From: Octopus sinensis
Taxonomy: Eukaryota
Reading direction: 5' to 3'
Assembly: GCF_006345805.1 (NCBI RefSeq)
Contig: NC_043006.1
Coordinates: 4,030,001 to 4,094,000, forward strand
Length of the DNA stretch: 64,000 bases
Made by a program: the position numbers and the translations under genes. How positions within the stretch are numbered: position 1 is the stretch's first letter; each line of letters begins with the position of its first letter. The notes under the pieces are model-generated. The model worked only from the letters and a program-made list of their open reading frames with translations, was not told the DNA's origin and ran no database searches. Below, piece by piece: positions 12,290-23,697 of this stretch.

Positions 12290-13760
12290 TTACTATTTCT
12301 AGCAGGTCGAATAACCACGAAGTATTTCCCAAGTTGATCTTTAAATAAATTCATGTACTTGGGGAGAATGTTTTAGAGGTTTGTCTGCAATGAGACGTAC
12401 TGCGATGGTCACTGAGTGGGGAGAAGACCACAAAATGATGGAACAGATGGTTGTTGAGGACTGATACCATCACCGTTGAAATATCGGAAGTGATAGTAAT
12501 AGGTGGATAGTGGGCGGGGAGAATGGTAAATACTATAACATGCTAACAGGATTTAGGATAGACTCTGTTAAAGAGGATCAGTTTGATGTGTTTCGTGAGG
12601 GTAGGGGCTATATCTAGGATGCAATGTTTGTGGGTAAGGAATAGAATATTCTCAGGAGTAGTAACCTATTATTTTGACTGGCAGTGCTTTTACACTTAAC
12701 GCATGTGTTTAGGTAGTGGTGGGGCTCTAAGGAAGAGCTTTGCCAAGAGTGTAAAAGCTAGAGTTGGGTACAAATTGGACAGAAAATGTGGATACTTTCC
12801 TTGTAAGGCTTCTTCTTACGAAACCGTAACTGGTGAATATTCTGTTCGAGACTTTGTGCGCTTCTGTGAATAGTTTTTCTTGAATTGCAGGGATAAGTAA
12901 AATTTTTCCAGTTGGTAATGTGAGTAAATTTGTCCAGACATTTTTCCGGTATTATAAGCGAACTGTTTGGTAAACTTAGGCAGATGTGTTTTAAAATTTG
13001 AGGGGAGTAGAGCAACATGTCCAAGAAGATGATTTCATTCATCTCTTTATTAGTCTATGACCTGTCAAAAGTGAAGTACAGGAACAACCTGGGATATTTA
13101 GTGTAGAATTGAATTAAACCCAATCGGTTAGTTGACTCGAAGTGCTGAAGATTTCAATTAGAAAGTGTTGTGTAGTATGTGGAGTTGAGGTGATTAGCCT
13201 GTGGTCAGGACGATCTGGTAGATGTATAGACAGTCATTGTTAGTTAGGCTTGGGGGTGAATGCAAATGATAAATGGTATTTGGAGAGTTCTGTGTCAACC
13301 AGAAATATGTCTTGTGAGTTGCATGAAAGTGATTGTTGTAGGAGGTTCAGGATGACAAATCAAGTCAGTTCCTGTAGCAGCAGTGATGGCCTGGGACGAG
13401 TGCAGTAACCACGATGTGTTGCAAATACTGACCAAAGACAATGATTTAAGAGAAGAGTGTGGTGAGATGATCGAATAGGTGTCGGTAATTAGTGGAGTTC
13501 GGGGAACGATAGAAGCAGAGGAAATTATAGGAGTGCGATAAGGAAATTTTGAGCTTGAGTAACAGGATGTCTTTGTTGCCGATACCCAGGTAGGAGGGGA
13601 GAATGGAGTGAATGGAATGTTCAAAAGAGCAGACATTATGTTTCAGAGTGAAGTTTAATATAGAACATAATCTACATAACCAATAGATGTGTGATGTGTT
13701 GCCGGGGTTCATATGGGACCAGAACCCAGGAATTTTAGAAACAACAGGGTAGGATTTTGC
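12290..13760 (-). mobile_element. Degenerate APE-type LINE, endonuclease region
   Basis: Broken frames include FYRSPNSTNYRHLFDHL, followed by an APE-like remnant. Clade not resolved. Confidence 0.55.
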
Positions 13761-14110
13761 CTTTGGATTTAACTTTATCTTAAATTCTCAAACTGCTCTT
13801 TTAAAAGGGATTGATACATTGGATAAAGAAGTCCAAGATACTCAAGGTTCGAAACAAAACACTGTCTGGAACGTCTTTTATAAAATGTCCCGCTACTGGT
13901 TTCGGCTGCCCTGGGGTTAAACAGCAACAGCAGTAACATATGCTATCAAGTAGATTATTACTATTAAGTAGATTGTGTGTGTGTACCAATATGAGTGTGT
14001 GTTTATGTGTGCATCTGTGCGGTTGAGTGCATTATTGAATCTGTGTCAGACAAAAATCAATCAAGCGATGACAGTAAATTATCCCAAGTAGAGAAATTGT
14101 CGGTACTTAC

Positions 14111-14150
14111 CAAATATCAGGGTGATCAAATGGGTGAATGTGGACAAGGC
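14111..14150 (-). CDS. SDS: SDS-like coding exon 4
   Basis: Acceptor tttccattag|, donor TG|GTAAGT; 40 nt, phase 1 to 2. Translates (G)LVHIHPFDHPDI(W), the PFDxPxIW motif. Phases fit both neighbouring exons. Confidence 0.92.
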
Positions 14151-14351
14151 CTAATGGAAAGAAAAGATGAACTATATAATCATAGAGACATAAAACTGTG
14201 TGTGTCTGCACGCACGTACACATGTATGTGTGTGTGTATGCGTGTATGTGTGTGTTTGTGTGTGCCTGCGTGCGTGCGTGTGTTTGTGTGTATGTGTGTA
14301 TGTGTGCATGCTTAAGCAACGAGAAGATGGATTTGGTAGTAATCTTTATTT

Positions 14352-14484
14352 TATACAAGTCATTTCGACCCTTTCTGTTACTGTCCCATATGGGTGGGAT
14401 TCCTTTCAACATGTTGTGTTGCACCAATATTGAAGTCTGGGTCTCATCGGGTACATCTATACATAAAGGTCTGTGTCTCGCTAA
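14352..14484 (-). repeat. Degenerate hammerhead-bearing repeat; left arm of an inverted pair with 15178-15262
   Basis: Minus strand reads atgtac-CCGATGA-GACCC..GGGTC-GAAA-tgacttgtataa. About 85 bp are inverted-repeated at 15178-15262, which has CTGATGA-GACCC. Confidence 0.5.
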
Positions 14485-14611
14485 AGAGCCCGAGTTTTGG
14501 CTGTCATGTTGTTATATGCCCGTCTGGTTAGGGAATGAAACATTGCTACAATTTTTAATTACTATTATCTTTCTTCATTAAGAGTTGCGAAGTCCTGTAA
14601 TTATAGACAAT

Positions 14612-14992
14612 TCATCATCATCATCATTTAGCGTCCGTTCTCCATGCTAGCATGGGTCGGACGGTTCAACTGGGGTCTGTGAAGCTGGAAGGCTTCATCA
14701 GGCCCAGTCAGATCTGGCAGTGTTTCTACGGCTGGATGCCCTTCCTAACGCCAACCACTCCGTGAGTGTAGTGGGTGCTTTTTACGTGCCACCCGCACAG
14801 GTGCCAGACAGAGCTGGCAAACGGCCACGAACGGATGGTGCTTTTACGTGTCACCAGCACGGGGCCAGGCGAGGCTGGCAACAGACACGAACGGATGGTG
14901 CTTTTACGTGCCACCAACACGGGGGCCAGACAGAGCTGGCAAACGGCCACGAAACGGATGGTGCTTTTACGTGTCACCGGCACGGGAGACAA
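14612..14992 (-). mobile_element. RTE LINE 3' UTR fragment
   Basis: Same family as 33812-34270 and 10480-11065; (CAT)n tail at 14612-14627 on the plus strand. Confidence 0.8.
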
Positions 14993-15659
14993 TTGTCGAT
15001 AAAAAAAAGTACGTAGAAGTTCATGGATGGATACGGATGAATTGAGTTACATTGGATTTAAAACAGAGGAATGGTATTAGAAGGAGAAAGGGAGAGATAT
15101 ATATGCAGATCGTAATGTGTAGGGAGCGAAAGGATGTTTAGTTAGCTTGCTAGCTCAGATCAGGATGCGTGATGTTAAGTGAGACGCAAACCTTTATGTA
15201 TAGATGTACCTGATGAGACCCCGACTGCAAAATTGATGCAACACAACATGTTGAAAGGGGTCCCACACTAATTGACATATACCCATTAGTCCATAATATT
15301 TTATAAGCTTAAAGTTTATAAATGATCACCATGCGTTGACTAAGTTAAATAATCTAACATTGGGGCACATAAGCCCTCGACAGAAAGTAGGATTTGCCGT
15401 AAGCATAGGACTCTATGTATTCACGACATATATATACATATATATGTATCTTTATTACCCACAAGGGGCTAAACATAGAGGGGACAAACAAGGACAGACA
15501 AACGGATTAAGTCGATTACATCGATCCCAGTGCGTGACTGGTACTTAATTTATCGACCCTAAAAGGATGAAAGGCAAAGTCAACCTCAGCGGAATTTGAA
15601 CTCAGAACGTAGCGGTGAGCGAAATACCACTACGCATTTCGCCCGGCGTGCTCGCCGCC

Positions 15660-15698
<39 letters not shown>

Positions 15699-15708
15699 CA
15701 TACATACA

Positions 15709-15744
<36 letters not shown>

Positions 15745-15759
15745 TATATGTATATGTAT

Positions 15760-15790
<31 letters not shown>

Positions 15791-16557
15791 AATGTGGCTG
15801 GGCACTTCGTCGGTTATGATGATGAACGTTCCAGTTGATCCTAATCAACGGAACAGCCTGCTCGTGAAATTAACGTGTAAGTGGCTGAGCACTCCACAGA
15901 CACGCTTGCCCTTAACAACAACAATAATAAATTCTTTAGGTGTCATTTCAAACTCCAAAATCTGCCGATGGAAGCACCAATTCTCTAAAGCTTATAACTA
16001 GTGAAGGCTAGTTGTTTTAATGGTTAGGGTATTCGGCTCACGATCATAAAGTCATGAGTTCGATTCCCAGTGGTGCATTGTGTCTTTGACACTTTATTTC
16101 CCGCTGCTCCAGTCTACTCAGCTGGCAAAAATGATTGGTGCCTGTATTTGAAAGGGCCAACCTTGTGACATTCTGTATGACACTGAATCTCCCTGGGAAC
16201 TACTTTAAAGCTATGCATGTCTGTGGAGTGCTCGGGCCACTTGCGCGTTAATTTTCTAGGCAGGCTGTTCCATTGATCGGATCAACTGGATCGCTGACTG
16301 TCGTAACCGATGGAGTGCCAGGTGGAGGTTATAAGCACATAATAACAGAGAAGAACAGACAGACTGAGAAACATATTGACATCCAGACATTGCCTCACAA
16401 TGCCACCCGACAGACATCACAACACACATGCAGGCACAGGCATGAAACGGAGTGTGGAGAACGTAAGATTATCGATAAATATGTAAGCGTGAATGTTAAT
16501 CTAGACAGAATTATTGATAAATATAGAAACAAGAAATGGAGAGCAAGTGAGTCTGAC

Positions 16558-16633
16558 CTTCTTTCTCTGCTTTTGCCAGAGCTCGTTCATTTGCTTCATC
16601 AAAACAGCTACCGAATACTTCAACTTGTGCACC
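16558..16633 (-). CDS. SDS: SDS-like coding exon 3
   Basis: Acceptor gttttag|, donor AAG|GTCAGA; 76 nt, phase 0 to 1. Translates GAQVEVFGSCFDEANERALAKAEKE(G), matching the SDS GATVKVVGELLDEA region. Confidence 0.9.
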
Positions 16634-17639
16634 CTAAAACGTAGACACAAGACATTCAGGTACATTTTTATATGCATGTGGGTATGTATGTAGAGGTGAA
16701 TGCATATATTTTTTGCGATCTTCTTTCTTTCTCTCTCATCCTCATCTTCCTTTTCTAGCATCCCAAATTCCTCTCTCTCGTCTTCTCACTTGTAATTGTA
16801 GACTTTCTCCCTTCATTCCTTCCATCCTTCCCCCGTTCTCTCTGCCGCTGTCTCTCTCTCTCTCTCCCTCTCTTTTATCCTTATTCCCCTCCATCTACTG
16901 CCCACACGTGACCCGTGACTAATTTTCCTATCTCTCTGTCTTTCGCCACCGGACGCTTATCCTGCTGGTAAACTTTTATCTACTCTCTCACTATTTCTCT
17001 TTCTATATCCATTCAGGATTTCTTCCGGGCATCATCCATCATTCCCGAAAGGCCGTATTTATTCCGTCTTCATCAATCATTTCAAATTACATCTGTTTAC
17101 TTTCGTACATCCACTCTGTTTTGTTTTCTCGAGCCCTAATTCTGCGCAAATTTTGCGGAAGCCGCCGATATGCGAAGTTCTCAGTCTTATTGTTAAAGGT
17201 ATGAAACTGTTTATTAGTATTTCGGTCGATAACTGATGAAGATTAGGGTCCTTCTGGGTCTGTCCTACGTGTACGTGTTTAGTATTTAATGCATTTTTCA
17301 TTTATTGTATATATATATACATACACACACACACGTGTGTGTATGTGTATTTCTTAAATAAGGCCGTTCGTGTATATTCAAACCTGCAAGATTGCTTGCG
17401 GACATAAGGCATGTTATATAAATCTGTCGAATTTCTAAGTATTTTTAAGGTATAAAATTTTTAGTAGTGCGTTTAACTACAGGGTTTATTAAATAATATA
17501 CATATATGAAGACATATACATATGTACATGCACACATACATAATACATATGTGTGCGTGTGCAACCCCACATACATATACACACACCTGCAGTCACACAT
17601 GCAAAAACAAGCATGCAGACACACACACATTTTCTTTTA

Positions 17640-18030
17640 TCTTTAGATTGTTTCAGTCATTAGAGTGCGCTCATGCTGGGGCACCACCTTGAAGATTTTT
17701 CAGTCGTAATGAATCTGCCCTTGTACCTCTTTTTTTTTTCTTTTAAGCCTGATACTTGTTCTATCAATTACTTTTACCAAACCGCTAAGTAACGGAGAAC
17801 GTAAACACACCAACACCAGTTTTTAAGTGGTGGAGAAAGATAAACAAAGACACAAACACACACTCACGATGGGCTTCTTTCAGAGTTTCCGTCTATCAAA
17901 TCCACCCACAAGGTTTTGGTTGGCCTGAGGCCATGGTAGAAGACACTTTCCCAAGGTGCCATGCAGTCGGAATGAACCCGGAACCATGTGGTTGAAAAGT
18001 AAACTTCTTACCACACAGCCACGCCTGCGC
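17640..18030 (-). mobile_element. tRNA-derived SINE with a CR1-like 3' tail
   Basis: Head aggcgtggctgtgtggtaagaag; tail ggtggtgccccagcatg shared with the CR1 3' end at 54760-54790. Relatives at about 31108-31750(-), 37995-38135(+), 29130-29320(+), 50400-50530(-) and 51340-51460(-). Confidence 0.75.
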
Positions 18031-18032
18031 TT

Positions 18033-18397
18033 ATGCATGTATGTATGTATGCATGCATGTATGTATGTATGTATGCATGCATGTATGTATGTATGCATGT
18101 ATGTATGTATGTATGTATGTATGTAATGTATGTATGTATGAATGTATGTATGTATGTATCATATGTATGTATGTATTTATGTATGTATGTATATATGTTA
18201 TGTATGTATGCATGCATGTATGTATGTATGCATGTATGTATGTATGCATGTATGTATGTATGTATGTATGCATGTATGTATGTATGTATGCATGTATGTT
18301 TGTATGTATGTATGTATGTTTGTATGTATGTGTGTGTGTATGTATGCATGCATTCATGCATGTATGTATGTGTGTGTGTGTGTGTGTATGTATGTAT
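18033..18397. repeat. (TATG)n/(TGCA)-type compound microsatellite
   Basis: Seen directly; source of the spurious MYVC/HTYI ORFs. Confidence 0.95.
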
Positions 18398-20049
18398 GAA
18401 CAGAAGTCAGCAATACCTGTGCAGTTTTAGGTTCAATAAGGCTTGCACGACACATCATAGACTCTTTTGGACATTATCCAGAGACAAGCCAGAGCGAGAT
18501 GTCTCGTACCAATATGAGTCGCAGGCTCAGGGATGTGAGAGCACCATGATCTCTAGCACAAACCAAATATCCGCAAAATGTTCAATGCCATTCCCTGCAT
18601 ATCTGGTTTTATATCAGAGCGACCTTCTCCTAGAGACATGTTTCAACAGAAGCTGAGGGCTGCCTCAATTCCAGTGGTCTTCTAACACGCCGGACACCAT
18701 CCCGGAATTTCTCCGTATCCGTGCTCTTGCTCGATAGCCATTGAGCTTCACTAGGTTCATCCGACCTTTCAACAGGTCTTGATTTTAATCCTGCTGGGTT
18801 TCTAGCAACCCTCCTCACCAGGGTAGCCTGGTGGGGCTGCCAATTTAGTCGTTGACAACCTGGCCATGCAACAGGTTGTACTGGATTCCATGTTACCAGT
18901 AGCACTTATGAGAGCCTCATAAGTGATCAACGAAGCTGCAAATACAAAATATTAGTCCTAGAGCGCACAATGTTCCTAAAGGTAAACAAGGGTCTTCCTC
19001 AATCACGAATGGACAACCATCATGTATCTATGTACTGAAGGCGCGTAGCCTAGTCATTAGGCTATTGCACTCACGATTGCAAGATTGTATGGCCAATTTT
19101 CATACCGGGTGGTGCGATGTATTCTTGAGCTAAACACTTCATCTCATGTTATTTTCCAGTCACTTCGACACCTGACTTGTGGTAATTTGTGCACCTGTTA
19201 AGGCAACGTTGATTTGATTGAAGAAATGAGCTGATGTTCGACACAAACATTCGATCTCTACAAACAAACTGTCTGTGAAGGTTGTTGAACAAGAAATTGT
19301 AGAACCTTCATGTATCATCTCATTATATATGTGTTTGTGTGTGTGTGTGTGTGTGTTTGTACGTATTTGGTCTATGGGTACCTAGGACTATATCATCTAA
19401 CGTTTTCTTTACCTTCTTTAAGAACTTAAAAATGTAGTTAGTGGGAAATTTGCCTGCTGTTTCTAGCAGGTCAAGCAACTGCAATTATACCTGCAGTTTT
19501 CTTACTCACAAGTATCAGTGAATATTGATTCCAAATTTTGACATAAGGCCAATAAGTTCGGGGGAGGGGTTAAGTCGATTACATTGACCCCAGTACACAA
19601 CTGGTACTTATTTTATCGAACCCGAAAGGATGAATGGCAAGGTCGACGTCGGCGGAATTTGAGCTCAGAACATAAAAACAGACGAAATGTCACTGACCGT
19701 TTTTTCTGGTGTGATAACGATTCTGTCATCTTGCCGCTTTAACACCAATTAATATTAAATGACAACAGCATATTCGAAAAGCAACCTTTATGAGTTTTTC
19801 TGTAAGGAATGAAGACGAGCCTGGAGTATGAGAAAGGAATTGAATTGGAAAAGTAAGAGCTTTGACTTAATTCCTCGAAAAATTAATGAGTTAAAATTTA
19901 AGCCTTTTTAACAAGAATTTTTGCAGAATTTATTAGCTATCCTTCTCTTCCCTCCATCCAACCATCCATCCATTCGTCTGTCCGTCCATCCATCTTCCCC
20001 CGCCCCTGTTGCTGGGACGATCGTGGAAATAAAATCTTCAGGTGCCTTC

Positions 20050-20420
20050 TCCATTGGGCTCCCTCAGGAGAAACCATCGTTACACTTTCCAGCTGAATTC
20101 CCAAGCGTAACCAACTTAGACTATGGATATTATCCAAGCAACTTGTTCATGGTTTACTCTTTAGCATCCTGCCAGTTGGCTCAGCTTGAAGAAACTGTCT
20201 TGCAATTCTTTCCTACGACATGCTATTCACATGTCCATGGTACCGGAACTGCAGAGATGAGGCGGCTCAATTTGGAAAGTCTGCCTTATCTCCATGCAAT
20301 GCACTCTATCATGTAACGTTACTCCAGAGATCCTTCAGAGGACCCTCATTTCGGCTGCTTGTATTCGTGACCTTAATCTTTCGGTCATTGCTCAGCCTTC
20401 ATGAACAGATGAGAATATGC
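20050..20420 (-). mobile_element. Degenerate RTE LINE C-terminal fragment
   Basis: Minus frame reads MTERLRSRIQAAEMRVL*RISGVTLHDRVHCMEIRQ. Confidence 0.65.
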
Positions 20421-21251
20421 ATGAAAACCGAATTAAAGATTGTAAGCTTGGTTTTTTGATTATTTTTTACCAACCTCTCCGCTTCTGAGGATCGAATGTA
20501 GGAGCTGGTGAATTATTGTGTCAACGTCTGAACCCAATTCAGTCTATCCTTTCACATCACTCCCATTATTAATGGTAATGACAGGGGAGAGGAAGCTAGC
20601 AATTCTGAGGGAGTGGGCAAGTCGATTACATCGATCCCAGTTGTTTTAATGGTACTTATATTATCGACCCCCAAAGGATGAAAGGCAAAGTCAACGTCAG
20701 TGGAATTTGAACTCAGAACGTAAAGACAGTAAAAATGCCGCTAAGCATTTTGCCCAGCGTGTTAACGATTCTGCCAGCTCGCTATCCTAATCATCACTCT
20801 CGTTATTCATTGATCATCGTTGTTCTTTGTTAATCTCTTTGCAGCCCCGGTACAATATACTTGATCTTGTTTGGCTTGAACAGTTTCTACTAATTTGCCT
20901 GAACTTGAGGTAGAGTTGTTACCATAAACCCCTCGACCGGTCAGATGAATAGGTACTGAAATTCACAATATATTTCTGCATGCATACTCATCTATGTTTA
21001 CTTCCATGTGTGTGTATGATTTAAATGAATATGTGCTAAGTAATTCAGAGTGACCAGGGGTATGATAACAAAGTATATTAAATACCGTACAAGAGAATAC
21101 AACCAACTCTGAATGAGAAGGGGAGACAATATAACGTATCGAAGAGTATAAGTAAGTGATATGCCATTTGTAAAAGACAGCTGCTGACGTATTTCTGTCT
21201 CAATCGACATCATCAGCACAGCAGTTATCCTTTAATACATATTCTATGTAC

Positions 21252-21404
21252 CTGTTTTCTCAAATCCTCTTGAATAAATGATGGGCATGTCTCAGGAACG
21301 ACTATGGAAAGAGGAAGTCCTAACTTTCTGGTGGCAAGAGCTGCTGCCAGGCCAGCATTTCCACCTGAAGAAGAAGAAAACTTCGTAGCACCTCTCTGTT
21401 TTGC
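21252..21404 (-). CDS. SDS: SDS-like coding exon 2
   Basis: Acceptor tttttacag|, donor CAG|GTACAT; 153 nt. Translates AKQRGATKFSSSSGGNAGLAAALATRKLGLPLSIVVPETCPSFIQEDLRKQ (SSGGNAG motif). Not in the ORF track. Confidence 0.93.
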
Positions 21405-21714
21405 CTGTAAAAATATAAAAGAGAAACGAGTGAAACCATCAAAATTAAAAACCAGTTCGTATATAAATAGATATACTCAAATACATACACAATAACAAAT
21501 ATAGATCCATGCACAACCACATACATATATGCACACACGCACACACTTAAACGTGGACATACATATTTTATCGACTCTGAAAGAACGAAAGGTAAAGTCG
21601 ACCTCGGCCGGATTTTGAACTCAGATTGTAAACAGCCAAATGAAACCCTGCCCGATTCCGTTACCAAGAACTGAATATCATGCAACAAGAACAGTGCAAT
21701 AGCGGACCACCTAC

Positions 21715-21882
21715 CTTTTGACAAAAGTTACCAATACCACGTATCTTAAAGGAACCGCTTGGTTGTAAGTTCTCTAATTTCAGATAAACCTTAAATCCAG
21801 CTCGACTGCTTATGGTTTCACTGAGAAAACAGGGTGTCACGTAATGTAGAATCCTGGGAGTAGCTTTATCAAGTGAGGTCAT
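21715..21882 (-). CDS. SDS: L-serine dehydratase/threonine deaminase (SDS/SDSL-like), first coding exon
   Basis: ATG at 21882. Translates MTSLDKATPRILHYVTPCFLSETISSRAGFKVYLKLENLQPSGSFKIRGIGNFCQK, with the PLP-lysine motif SGSFKIRG of fold-type II serine dehydratases. Donor AAG|GTAGGT; 168 nt, phase 0. Confidence 0.95.
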
Positions 21883-22735
21883 CGTTTTACAGGAATTTTA
21901 AAATCAATCACACCTGGATGGACAAATGAGGGAAATATCGATTGAGAAACCTTGATGTGGTGGCTTTTATTGCTAAAAATACAAGTCAGATCCCTGAAAT
22001 TTGGATGAGAAGGATAATTGTTATACGTCAAACTTTAATAAAGTCTTGCATATTTATATCATTCTGCTTACACATTGTATCTGTAAAGTTCGTGTTAGCG
22101 GACATCATTCTATGTCTGAAAATTCTTTGTTTTTCTTTTTTTCTGATAACACCTTATATAGCTTATACATATACATTTACTAGCATAATCAAGTGAGCAT
22201 GTATATTTGTATATATGTTGAATGCATGGACTGATAGATACTGGAGTATTCGTTTCTCTGTTTGAAACCAGCTCAACCCAGAAAGCATACAAAGAAAACT
22301 ACAAATAAAAACAAACATACATGCACACACACACACACACGGGCATACATACATACACACTTACATACATACACACACACATACATACAAGGGTTTTAGT
22401 CGAATAAATCGATTCCAGTATTTATTTTTAAGACTGAAACTTAAAGAAAAATCTGGATAAACTGGGATTTTCAGAAAGAGAAATCGAGCGGCTAATTTAT
22501 ATATTGAAAGGGCAATCCGTGAGTGGAACAGTAAAAATAAGCAAGACTTTTCTCAAGTTCCAAATGTGAATTTGTCTGCGTTAACTACATTCCAAAGATG
22601 GAGCCTTTGTTGGAAACCAACTCCCTTCTCAGTGGAAGATTTATAATAATTAAAAAATACAGTTCTATATTTAAGAGATGAGGAATTATGTACATTATTT
22701 ACATTTGACGGATATTTGTGCTCATCTTGTTTGTT

Positions 22736-22777
22736 CACAACGTTTTGGCTGATATACCCTCCAGCCTTCATCAGGTG
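22736..22777 (-). ncRNA. Minimal type I hammerhead ribozyme motif, G12A mutated
   Basis: CAC-CUGAUGA-A-GGCUG..CAGCC-(A)AAA-CGUU|GUG. Stem II 5 bp, palindromic ACGU helix III, stem I 3 bp. GAAA reads AAAA. Confidence 0.6.
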
Positions 22778-22870
22778 TCTTGGGGAAATTTCAATCCTGT
22801 GTTTGCATTCCTAAGGTATTTTTCGATGTTATTATTATTATTATCCTTATTGTTATTATTATCATTATTT

Positions 22871-23001
22871 TTATTCAGGTTACTGCCTGGAATCGAACTC
22901 GGAATTTTGAGGTTAGTAGCTCACGCTCTTAACCACGGGCATATGGCGTAGTGGTTAAGAGCGCGAGCTACCAAGATTCTGAGTTCGATTCCAGGCAGTG
23001 A

Positions 23002-23010
<9 letters not shown>
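22871..23010. mobile_element. Head-to-head pair of tRNA-like heads, each running into (TAA)n
   Basis: Arms 22871-22936 and 22951-23010 are reverse complements with a few changes. A box tggcgtagtgg at 22944, B box gttcgattcc at 22983. Confidence 0.75.
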
Positions 23011-23070
<60 letters not shown>

Positions 23071-23074
<4 letters not shown>

Positions 23075-23449
23075 GCTTTCTAATTGATGTATCAATACCG
23101 GCTGATGACAACGTGTCTCTAAAAGAAATGGAGAAACTCTCAAAATACAAAGACCTGGAAATAGAGGTAACTAGAATGTGGAATCTGAAAACAGAAACAA
23201 TTCCTATCATAGTAGGTGCATTAGGCATGATAAAAAAATATTCAGACAAATACATAACAAAAACACCAGGACTTACAAACACATATAACATACAGAAAAT
23301 TGCACTACTAGGCACTGCACACATCCTACGCAGAACACTTTCCATACAATAACCATCAGAGCATCACAACAAATCACAGCACATACCCAAGGCACACAGA
23401 GCTGTGCTCGGTAGTGAAGTGAAAGCACGCTATAAAAATAAAACTACTG
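23071..23449 (+). mobile_element. R4/Dong LINE, short 3' fragment (copy C)
   Basis: ORF 23113-23352 is the RLE C-terminus; ends aaaactactg followed by (AAT)n; preceded by (TAA)n. Confidence 0.92.
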
Positions 23450-23556
23450 AATAATAATAGTAATAATAATAATAATAGAAATAATAATAATAATAATCAT
23501 AACAATAATAATAATAATAGTAATAATAATAATAATAATCATAACAATAATAATAA

Positions 23557-23587
<31 letters not shown>

Positions 23588-23650
23588 AAGAATAAGAATA
23601 ATAATAATAGTAATAATAATAATAATAGTAATAATAATAATAATGATAAC

Positions 23651-23685
<35 letters not shown>

Positions 23686-23697
23686 TAATAATAATAA

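Noticed and set aside
18008-18656. MYVC/HTYI/YIYI-type ORFs here and elsewhere (571, 14198, 15596, 30108 and others)
   Set aside because: Microsatellite translations.
22944-23005. Possible tRNA gene
   Set aside because: It has A and B boxes but no acceptor stem or complete cloverleaf by eye, runs into TAA and is part of a repeat. The same applies to 9025-9100.
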